DNA of 64,000 bases. It comes from Tubulanus polymorphus (lineage: Eukaryota; Animalia; Nemertea). The stretch lies in the NCBI RefSeq assembly GCF_964204645.1, contig NC_134032.1:9536275-9600274 (forward strand), in the 5' to 3' direction. Below the pieces are notes generated by a model. It worked only from the letters and a program-made list of their open reading frames with translations. It was not told the origin of the DNA and did no database searches. Shown one piece after another: positions 39,301 through 51,300 of this stretch. Position 1 is the stretch's first letter; every line of letters begins with the position of its first letter. The translations under genes and the position numbers were made by a program.

Positions 39301-42300
39301 TAAATACTTTTTATTTAAAATCTATTTGATATCTCACTACTTTTGTTTATCTATTAGGAGCAGTAGTTATAACTGTCCAGATAAGTCATTTCGGATCCTT
39401 GATATCAAATTCCTCAACGTATTGTTCATTATTTGGATTATTGTTCCATTGATCAATAAATTTCTTTGCCTTTGTTAACTGTTCTAAATATAACTGTAAA
39501 TCTAGTTTATTAGATTTAATTATGTTTTCCTTCTTTTCTAAAGGTCTTAAATTCTTCCAACCCCAAATAAGTTTTTTATTGTATTCATCATTCATGTTAA
39601 ATTTAGATATTGGTAACACGTGATCAATATGGTAATAATCCCCATAATTATCTATATTCATTTTATCATCGAATTGAAATATAATCCATGATTTGAGAAA
39701 TTCATCTGAACAACCCAACACATTAGATAATGTTTCTGAATGTGTTTCTTTGTTGAATAATTGTGTTAATCTAGACCGTAAACATTGTTTCAATCTAAAA
39801 TTAAGATCTGTTTGATATCTTTCTCTCATATATTCCGCCATATAATAATTATAATGTTCTATATTATCTTCTCGATATTGTTTGGTATATAGTTTAGTAC
39901 AAGTTTTACAGCAATATTGAAAACCATCTTTGCTAATCTTACGCTTACTAAATTCTGTTAAAGCTAATTTATCTAATTCACATTTAGAACACTTCTTGTA
40001 GTATATGCTTATAACGCCAGTGTTATTTGTAATATTTATAGTTTGTGGTTGTTCTGGTTCCATTTATTATACATATTTTTTTACTAAATTGATTTTAGAA
40101 GTTATTCATTTATATGTTATTCATGAATACCTATGTATTAGATACCCTATTAGATACCCTAATACCTGATACCCTAATACCTGATACCCTATTAGATACC
40201 TTAAATACTTAAAACCCCCTTTTTTATTTACTATTATTTTATACAAATTTCAACTAATATTATTATTTGAGTTAAATATAATTAATATCTTAATCACTTT
40301 CACTATCAGACCCTAACAATTTATTCAAATGCTCTACCGAATCTACATCAATAGTTGTTTTATTTATGTTTCTATTTCTTTATTTTTATCAGTTCATTCT
40401 TTTCCTAAAGTTCTAATCTTAAAATCTCTTATACTTTTATCATGCGCAATTTTATCAGATGCATTTCTTATACTAATAATCTCTCTAATTGCTTTATCAG
40501 AAAATATATCTAAATCTTCTAATTCTTGATCTGTTGCATCAAGTAATCCATTCGGTAAAAGTTTTTCAATTGGAACTTTATTTGATTTAAGTTTACTATT
40601 TGTGGAAGTTATATTCTGTTCAGAAGTTGTTTCTGTTTCTGATTTCTTTTTGATTATTTCAAATAATTCATTAATTCTTTGTTTAAATACTTCTCTATTT
40701 TTATTCATTTCTGTTTGTGTTAAATATTCTTCTATATCATTAATATTACTTATTCTTCTAATTCTATCTGGATCTAAATCACTCAAAGTTGATTTTGTTA
40801 ATATTTTATTTTTATTATTTTTATGAGTGATTGCAATATAATAATCATCTTTCAAATGATAATAACATTTACCATTATCTAAAAATATTAATTGATCTGC
40901 TAAAGGTCCAACGTCTTCATCATTTATGTTAAGTTTAGATTTTTTAATTAAATCTTCTAATTTAGCTATTTTGTTTTCATTATCTAAATCTTCTTTTACT
41001 AAATATGGGTCTAAATTTTCAGGATCTAATTGTGATTCAGCATTTTTAATATAATCAGGCATATTTAAATTATTATTATATTCTGGGTCATTACCGTCAT
41101 TAAAACTTGTTTCATCAAAATCAGGTGGTTGTTCATCACTTATACCAGGTTCATCTAAAGGATCCAATGGAAAACCTTCTCCACCTTCTACATCCATTTA
41201 CATAATAAAAAAATTAAAATTTAAAATATAATATTCCTCCGATTACAATTCCTATACAAGTTAAAGCTAATTTAGTATTTTCATGGGATTTATTATCATC
41301 ATTAGTTTTAATTATATCATGTTGAATAATATCAGTTTTTATATCTTCTGATGTATTGTAATCTTTTATTTTAGAATCATTATTTAATTTAATATTATTA
41401 GTTTTAGTTTCAGTTGATTGAATATGTTTTTTATTTTTTTCACCTTCCATTAATTTTGGAGCAGTAATTATCTTTTTATTTATATCATTCAATCCAAATG
41501 AATTATTTATTGTTGCAGTTTTAATTAGATTATTATAACCAATTATGTTTCCCATCTTTAATACTAAATCATTAGAAATAATTAATAGATTAGGGCCTAT
41601 ACAATAATTTAATCTAATATGTGATTTATCTAAATAATTTTGATATCTTATAATGTTTTCTGGAATCGATCTATTTTTATCATTATGAATTGAATCTTCA
41701 AATAAAACTTTAAATTGTTTCTGTGTATCAAATGATGTATTCAAATTTCCAATTATCGGTGATCTTGTTTCAACTTGTGATCCTAGAATACAAATCAAAT
41801 AAGTTCTAATAGATTGATTTATTCTTTCTATACCTGATTTAGTAAAACCTTCACTATTTTCTAAAATAAAATAAACACAACCATTATTGTTTTCTTGTTT
41901 TAAATGATCATAAAATTTCGGTAATTTATTGAAATTTAATGTTTCTAAATCCTTTGTTTCTATTTTACCATAACCTAATTTATTATTATAGATATTATAA
42001 AAACTGTTAGATGGTATGGGAAGTGCACAATATTCTGCAACCTTTTTAGGGCAAGGAAGTGATCTTATTGTTCCAATTTTTGTTCTAAAATCAGAATTAT
42101 TTATATCTATATTAAATTCATTGCAAATTTTATAAAACTTAGATAAATTAATATTATTATCTAATTCTTTAAAATATCTTGATCCTGGTAAAGCGCACTC
42201 TAATTCATTTAGTATTATTCTGATTTGAAAGTATGTATGAAATCTAAATAAACTTTGAATTAGTTTATATTTAGAATTATTCAAATGATCATTCCAACTA

Positions 42301-45300
42301 ATTCCGCATCCTGTTTTTGCACAATAAACAGCAAAATCTAATTGGTTCTGCCAATACTTCATATTAGATTTTAATAACCATTGTTTTTCATCTTTCAATT
42401 TTTTTAAATTAATTAAATATACATGAAATATATTTTCCATCTTTGCATTAAAATTATTAGTTTCAGTAACATAAATTTCTAAATTAGTTAATGAATCTAA
42501 AACTTCATTTCTATATGTAATATCTTTATTAAAATCTATTGCTGGAATATTATATTTAATTGATTTATTATATTGGAAAGCTTTTGGAAAACTATCTACC
42601 ATTTATATAATTAAAAAATTAATAATTTATTAATTCTTTTAATAATTTATCTTGTTCTTCAACTGTTATATGGCCATTTAAACTTATTATATAATCTAGT
42701 GTATTCTTTAATTTATTAATTTCTTTTATATTAGTTTTAATTTTTTCTTTATTACTTTTTATATTTAATTTTGAACTTATACCGGTTAAAACACTTGAAC
42801 TTAATCCTAACACACCAATTGATATAGCTAAAGGTGTTAATGGACTGAATATTGCTAGAAATGTTATTACAGAACTAATTGTAACCGAACCACTTATAAT
42901 CAAATAATATATAATTTTACTTTTTAAATATTTTTTTCTTTTTTATCTTTAAGTCACTTTCAAATTCTAATATTTGTTTTTCTAAATATGTTTTTAATTT
43001 AGTTTTATTTATATCATGAGGAATGATATCAATACTATCAACTTTATCTTCCATTTATTTAGCAAAAGAATTACTAATTAGTAAACTTATAAGCAACAAA
43101 TATAACAATAACAGTTCCGCCTAAAATCCATATTATTTCATATTTCTGTTGTTCTTTACTTGGGGTATAATAATCTGATAATTTAGGTTTGTAAAGATGT
43201 AATTTTTCTTTATTTGTTACGGCGTTATATAAACTCATTGCATCATCAACTGATTGAAAATCTCTATGTGAAATCTTCAGATCATATAATTCTTTATTGA
43301 TGTAATCCATATAGTTTTGCCTCTTTTCTCTATATTCTTCTGCAGCTTTATTATATTTCTCTAACGCTAAGTTATGTCTTCTTTGTTCTCCTAATGAACT
43401 ATTTTGATCAATATGTTTAAATAAATATCCACCACCAGTAAATGCCAAAGTGTTAACAATTGCCGATCCTATAATAGTTATAATTGCAGAAGCCATTTAT
43501 TTAGCAAAAAAAATTACGCATTTATATGGGAGGAATATATTTTTGTTTTTCCAAATAATCAATTGTTAAATTAGATAAAGTAACTGCTAATGTTAATTTT
43601 AAGATATCATTTATATCAAATCTATCAACATTAACACTTCCCATTTTAAATACTTTTTTTAATACCATTGAATAACCAACAGTTCCAACTGATAGTAATG
43701 CGCCATTATATAATCCAGTTATTATCCACTTATTATCACTCATTTATTTATCAAAAAAATTACTATCATCAAAATATTTAGTTAACTTATTTATGATTAA
43801 TTCAACATTTATTTCATTACTACTTTTATGATTATCATATATTTCAATTATTATTTTTTTAATATCATCGATGATAAAATCTTCATCTAATTCGTAAAAT
43901 CTTAAAGATTCTCTAATTAAATTAGTAATCTTTTCTACATTTAAAGTTTCTTTATCTATTGTTGTTTCATACTCAAATGTTGTTTCATTAGAAAATGCAA
44001 TATTTTTAATATGTGTAATTACATCATTAACGTTAAATTTCATTTCTTTCTCACGTTTAAAATCAAATCCAAAACATATACTCGGTCCGACAGTTATATT
44101 CATTTATATAGTGAAAAAATTACTCTTTACATCTTATAACTAATTCATATATCACAGGAAAGTTATTCAAATCAATTAAATATCCATTATGATTTCTAAT
44201 TTCTAATTTAAAATTATTAAATTTAGGAATGCATGGTTTAAAATCACATTCTGTTAAATTATAATTTATTTGAGTTCCAAATTGTTTAACATTTTTTAGC
44301 GGTAAAATATTTAGTATACTAGAATTACAAATTGTTTCTTTAGTTGCTTCGAAAGTTTTTGTAGGCTCGATTAAATTGCAATAAATATAAAAGTGTGTAA
44401 AAGGTATTATATTTGAGCTGCCTTCTGCGTTTCCAGTAACTGTAAGCGGTTTAATTCCTAACATTTTAGCCAGTTAACAATTTATGTTGTTCATTAGATA
44501 TCTTTATTCTAATTTTATTAGTACTATCAATTTTATTAAATTTAATTTCAAATACAGAAGTGCCCCCGATTTTCAACCGAGCTCTTCTATTAATTTCCTG
44601 CGCTAATGATTCTAAATTATATAATCCTGGTTTTAAAAATATATGAAACCATTTATCCTTATTTCTCATATAAATCATAAACCCTCTATGTTCAAAAGTT
44701 TTATCCGATACATTGTAAAAAGAATTACATAAACTTATATTAACTAATTTTAAATCTACACAATTCTTAAATTCTCTATCTAATTGAACTAGTAAATTAT
44801 GAGATTTATAATTTGTCAGTTTTCTAGAATCTACAAATATTCTGTATTCTTTTAATTCCACCATTTATTTTACATATTTTCTTATTCGAAATCTATTTCA
44901 TGGTACCCTTTTTCATTCTTACCTTTGTATACGAAATAGAAATCTCCAGAACATAATTCTTCTAAATCTTCACTTGATAATCTATGAAATCTATCAGGTA
45001 AATATGTTCTGAATTTATATGTATTTCCTTTTAATCCTTCATATTCTAAGTGTATAACTAATTTATCTCCATAGTTATTAGTAACTGTATCAATATTTGT
45101 AATTAGATATGTCTTATGGATTGTTAATTCTGTTAACTTTTTGAATTTATAATCTACAGATTTTACATTTGTAGTATCTTTTATTCTATCTAGAAATGAT
45201 TTGTTGTTCTCACTGTGCGCTTGTTTACTCTCCATTTTAATAACATATTTTTTTTCCATAAAATTTGATTAACACGTTAGAATTCTTTTCATTATCTCGT

Positions 45301-48300
45301 TCTCTTTTGTTTCTTCTCTTTTAAATTTTAAGTATTCATCTAAATTACAACCATAAGCAACTGTATGAATTCCATCATCTAATATATATCGTTTATCATC
45401 AAATGGGTTTAGACTTATCTTTTCAATTTCTTCAATAAACATTTCATGATCTTCAGATCTTAAACATCTCATCTTATGTTTTCTAACTTCTTCATTGAAT
45501 ATACAATTTATGTAATCTTTGAAATGAATATTCTTTTCTACTACACTTTTGGTTATTCCTTTTAACTTTTTAGCTTCATGTTCTTTAGTTTTATATGAAT
45601 ACATTTTAGATCTAATACCGATGAATTCAATCATTTCTTCACCACCTAATTCATCTTTGAATTTACCGGGAACTTTTTTATTATCATTGCTAAACAATTC
45701 ATGATTTTTAGGATAATTACTAAAATCAAAATGATGTTTTAATGTTTTTAAATCATCTGTTATGTTATCAGTTTTTATCTTTAATATGTAAGAATCTGTA
45801 TCAAAATATAATATTTCTATATGTTTTTCTCCAAAAAGTGGTTGTAATACATTATAATAGAATTCATACATTAGTAATTTTGATAATTCTAAAACTGAAG
45901 CGCCAACATAGATTGGTTTATTAAATTTTATTGATGTTCTTCTCATTTTAACTGCGGCTAAATTTTCATCAAATATTCTGTTACCAATGAACTTAGGATA
46001 TGATTGTAAATGTCTAATTCTTTTACCATTACTGACTAACTCAATATCATTTCTATTTCTAATATTTTCACAAGTCTTACCATAGAATGCATTATTCATT
46101 AACTTGAAGAAATCTTTCTCGAAATCAGTTTTAGCTTTAGTTCTCTGTTTCGTGTTAAAATCTATATATTTTTCTTAGCACTTAGATTGACTGAATGAAA
46201 TATATCTATGTACTTTTTTTAGAACCATTCCTTGATTCAAATAAAACTTCAACATTCTATAATGTACTACATAATTATATTTATCTTCTTGAGTTACCAT
46301 TAACTTTTCTGTATGAATATGATTTTCGGGTTTAATTCTTTTTTGATAACTTGATAATTCTTCATGAGTTACAGTTTTATGTTCGGGACAGTAAGCTAGA
46401 TTTCTAGATTTAAATTTAATATGTTCAGGATATTCTAAATCTACAACAAAGAAGTAACCAGTATCTGAATCATCTGCAATATCTAGGATTCTTTTCTTCC
46501 AATCAAATTTATCATTATTTTCATTCTGTAAAACTTCAGTTAATTCAAATACTCCATAAGGTTGTGGTTCCATCATTGCCCAACCATACAAATTATTTGC
46601 ATCTATATATAATAACTTATATCCGGGGTTATCATTTACATTGAAATATCTATCACCTAATACACCTGAAACACCTCCTCTTATAGATTTTTCAAATAAT
46701 AATAATTGATCTATATTTGTTAACAAATCCATTTTTATATCTGTAAATTTTAATCCACAATCCCATGTTAATCCTGGTGATGAATAACAATGACAAGGAT
46801 CAATATTGAAATATTTTAGGTTTACATCTCTAAACCTTTCGAATATATCGGTTAATAATAATACATCTGATTTTAAACATAAATCTACTAATTGCCCATG
46901 ATTTTCTATTCTGAAATGATTCCAAATATTCAATGTTCTATTATAGACTTCATCTTTAACATATTCATTTTTTAATTCATCATAGAATTGTTCTTTTAAT
47001 AATTCAGTTATGTTAAAATCATTATGATTTTTATAGAAAGAATATGGAATTGCTCCTTTATATCTCATTAATTTAAAATCATCATTATTTGGGTAATATT
47101 CTTTTAATATCTTTAATTCATCATCAACTAATGATTTTGATAAGTTATCTAATGAACTATCTAAAAATCTATATGAATCTATAAATCTTAAACACCCAAA
47201 TTGGAATGATATATAATTCTCAGATGTTTTAGCTAACATTCTAAATTTATAAGTTGGTATTTTATCTTTTGATCTATTTGAATTTAATATTTCTATTTCA
47301 TTATTGATTTCTTCTATTTTATGGCATAACTGTTAGATAAATAAATGTGCATCATATCCTGATAGATTATGAAATATAACTGGTACAAAGTTAATTTTCT
47401 TAGCTTGTAAGTTACAATTCTCATGTGCAGCGCCTCTAAACTTTCCATTCAAATGATCATGGTCTCTTACTTTTTTATCTTTATAATTAAATATCTTTTC
47501 ACAATAATAACATTTACCTGCAAACGCAAATTCTTCTTTATCTTCTTCTGTCATTATAATTTCTATATTTGTATTCAATAATTTACTAAAACTTATTTCA
47601 TATTCAATTAATAAGTCACAAAAATGATTGATAACATTTTCATTTCTATAATGATAATATTCACTTTCAATTAGTTCTGGATAATCAGATTTTATATATA
47701 ACCCGAAAGCTGCGGCTGATTGATGAATCTTTTTAATAGTATTTGTTTTTGGTGGTTCTTCTGAAAAATCATTTTCATTAGAATTCAATTTTTTTCTTTT
47801 ATAATATATTTCTTTTCTATCTTGATCAGTTAATTCTTTATTCAATGATTCAAAATCTCCATATATGACAAATGGTACTTTATTTTTGTAATCATATTTT
47901 TTGAATTCTAATATTTTATCTTTTTCATTTGGTAAAACTAATTTACAATAATCAGGATTTTCACATAATTGTTTATGATTTAATAATGTACTTTCATTAC
48001 TAAATCTATGTGAACATTTTCTACAAAGATATATTTTATGGTGATCATTTTCTGATTTAAAAAATAAATCGATTTGTTTAATCCACATATAATGATTCTC
48101 ATAATATAGTATATCTATAACATCGTTTGAATCATAATCTTTTGATAGATATAAAGGTTCTAATGTATAATGTTTTATATTGTTACCTTTTGTATTTGGT
48201 AATTTGATTAAATCAAATACATTTATCTTTATATTATTATCTCTTTCTATTTTTGGGATGTCTTTAATTATAACAGGATACTTATCTATCTTATAATTAT

Positions 48301-51300
48301 TTTCAAATGGTTTATAATGAGTTAATCTAAAACTATGTTGTTTATAATCTTCAACTGGGTGTAAAAAACTTTTTATAGCCCATAGAAAACATTTATTATC
48401 AAAATTTTGTAAATTTATTACAGCATTAGTTTTAAATGGTAGTTTAATATAACTTGATGCTTCAATATCAGGTTCTTTATAATATGATAAATTGTTTTCA
48501 TCTATTGGTTTCGATTTAGTTAACTTATTATATTTTGTGTTATAAACATGTAAAGTCATAAATATTATTTCATCAAATATTAAACCAGATCCTTCAAAAT
48601 ATTTCTCTTCTATTTTAGTTTTTACTTCATTATAACATTTATCTAATTTATCATCTATATGTTGTTTTGAAATAATATGTTGTGAATGAGAATTTATATT
48701 ATATATTGGTTTATCTTCAGATTTTATAAACTTTACTTTAGAAGATATACTAATTTTAGGATATTCAACATCTGTAATTATTTTTATTATTTCTTTCATA
48801 TTTTCTAAATGTTTTTTATTTTCTTCTAATGTTTTTCCTTTATGAAATTTAAACTCGATAGCTGCTGGACCAATATCACTTTTAAATGCTTCGGTTATCT
48901 CTATATCTTTTTTATTATCTAATGAATTAATATAATTTCTTACATCTTCCATGTATGGTCTTTTATTGTTTAATTTATTTTTTATGCTTTTAATTGTCTT
49001 CTGTTTCTTATCGTTATCATTATCAAAATAATCTTCACCTAAAATATCATTATTCTTATTTCTAATATGACTTATAGATTTTAAATGTTCTTTATAATAT
49101 CTTTTATCACTGAATGATTGATTACATGTATCACATTTGTATGTTTCTTTTTCATTCTTTAATTCATCTAATTTAGTTTCTAATATATCATCTTCATATT
49201 CTAGTTTCAATTTATTCTCTAAATGTGTTTTAGTTTTATTGTGTCTTGCTTTTTGGGATTTATCTATATTGATATTACATGTTGGGCAGTAGTACTTATT
49301 TGCTTCCATTTTAATACTAAATTTTTTATTAAAATTGATTTTAGAAGTTCAATGATTTAAATGTAATTCATTTATATGAATATTTTAAGAGTAATAGGGG
49401 TAATAGGCTTTCAAGCTAAAGGTTGAACGGGCGGGTGAGTAAAAAATGAAAAACATGAAAATAATAACAATTTCTACTTGAATTACTCGCGAAACTCATA
49501 AAAATGAAAAATAAATTCGAGCGTGTGAGAATTCATTTTTTTCATTTGGCTCGAATACTGTACTCAGCTCGTTGTTTTAATGATCACAAACAGCGCTATA
49601 AATTTTTTCATATATATCGCGAATTTGAAGTCATTTCGCGACGAACTGGTGCGCATTGTGAAACTATGATTATATTCTAACGATGTATTAGGATGTTTAA
49701 AACCTCAAAACCACGTGCACAGTATTTGATTACCGAAACGACGGTATCAATGACTGATCCAAGAGGTCAAGCGTATAGCATAGAAATAAAAATGAAAACA
49801 AGCCCAGAATAACCAAAGGCACAAAACCCGTAACATGGTTCCGAAATCTATGCCGCACATTGCTACGCGTAATGGGCAACTGCCCATTCGTTTTCGCGTG
49901 CGTCACATGTGAAGAACGTAAGGAGCATTTTGTCGGTTAATCCACGAGCAATCATCTCAAGATGATCGTTCGTATAAGGGTTAATATACAGTCAACCTCC
50001 AAAACACCACCGTACTCTAAATACTGTGTAAATCCCAGACCAGCAATGTGAGCAGTTCAACTGTGAAAAAATCCGATAACATTTACTCGAATAAAAAATT
50101 GTCTAATTTCATAGTTACATAATAGCTTTACTGACCACTGGGATGTGCGTTGGATGATATTGGTGGTAAAAGTTACTATACATGATGAGCGACTTGTTAT
50201 CGAGGGCACTAACAACTACTAAATGATTAAGAGAGATGGTTCGAAATGAATAATACTCCTTCCCGTTTAAAAAGTAAATCGATTTCGCTAGAAATAGGGA
50301 TTTTAATGCATAAACTCTGCGTTTACGAAACTGGTTTGGTTACCAATTAGATTCGCTGTTAAGAAGTGCTAGCTAATGGGTAATCGGAGAAGGTTCCAAA
50401 AAAATCACACTGGAATAGAAAGCATTAGCCTCTGGAAGATGACAGTTACTGGAACAAACTCGACGGACGATGTCACAAGTCACGAGTTTCAATCTCGTAC
50501 GTGGCAGAACGTCGTTTGGTACGCGTTCAATGTTTACATCTATTTCTGGATGGTGACCGGTGTTACCGGGGGTTTACTGTCCATAGTCGTCTTGTTTCGT
50601 CTGCGTCGCACGTTAGACGCGTGCACCTTCCAGTATCTGGTACCGCTATGTTTTTCGGATTCTATTTTCGTTATCACTTATTCGCTGAAGTCTCTGGAAC
50701 GAATTCGCATCGTGACCGGCAATTCTCATGATCAGTACGTATTCTACGCCGTTAATGAAGTCACGTGCAAACTGGGTATGGTGCTCATCAATTTCGGAAT
50801 CAAAAGCTCGTCGTGGATTCTGTTGTGTTTTGCCGTGGAACGCAGTTTAGCGGTACTGATTCCTTTGCGCATCAGGAGATTGGTGACCCGGGTTCGACGC
50901 CGGAATCTAATTATATCGGTTCTTCTTTACTACGCCGTAACGGAAGGCGCTCAGGGAATCACCTTCCATGTTAAAACCCTCGGACATGGCTTAAAAAACT
51001 GCCAAACAAACACCGTTTCAGAAATTATGACACGAATAATTATAATCTATTCCTTCTTAACCATGACTATAATTCCTTGGATTAGTTTGATATTTTCGAC
51101 GGTTGTAATTAGTATTCAGTTCACCAGACGAGATGTCCAGTTCAAAAACACTAACATTTCCGAACAGGAACGCAGATGCGTACGAAATCTAATTTGCATA
51201 ATCGTTGCCTTTTTCGTATTGAACGCACCGAATACTGTACTCAACTTGTTGGACTATACAAGTGAGAAACTGGGGCATTTACCAAGACAAATAGAACATT

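Larger units (their letters stand above)
36040..49547 (-). mobile_element. Polinton/Maverick (adintovirus-like) endogenous viral element, ~13.5 kb, defective
   Basis: Abrupt shift to very AT-rich, intronless, tightly packed ORFs; 5'-AGT terminus; TIRs 36040-36342 and 49355-49547; pPolB, rve integrase, A32-like ATPase and penton-like genes. Confidence 0.95.

Noticed and set aside
38313-45924. Plus-strand ORFs within the Polinton (38313, 39284, 40329, 40602, 45742)
   Set aside because: Short, mostly antisense shadows of AT-rich minus-strand genes, with no motifs.
45269-49309. pPolB as three genes, or TAA read-through / alternative genetic code
   Set aside because: The stops fall inside conserved motifs (HLFI*QL, SKC*EKYID) and TAA ends neighbouring genes normally; simple nonsense mutations explain it.
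49331-49338. Mimivirus early promoter AAAATTGA upstream of pPolB
   Set aside because: It is on the strand opposite the gene; treated only as part of the shared upstream motif.
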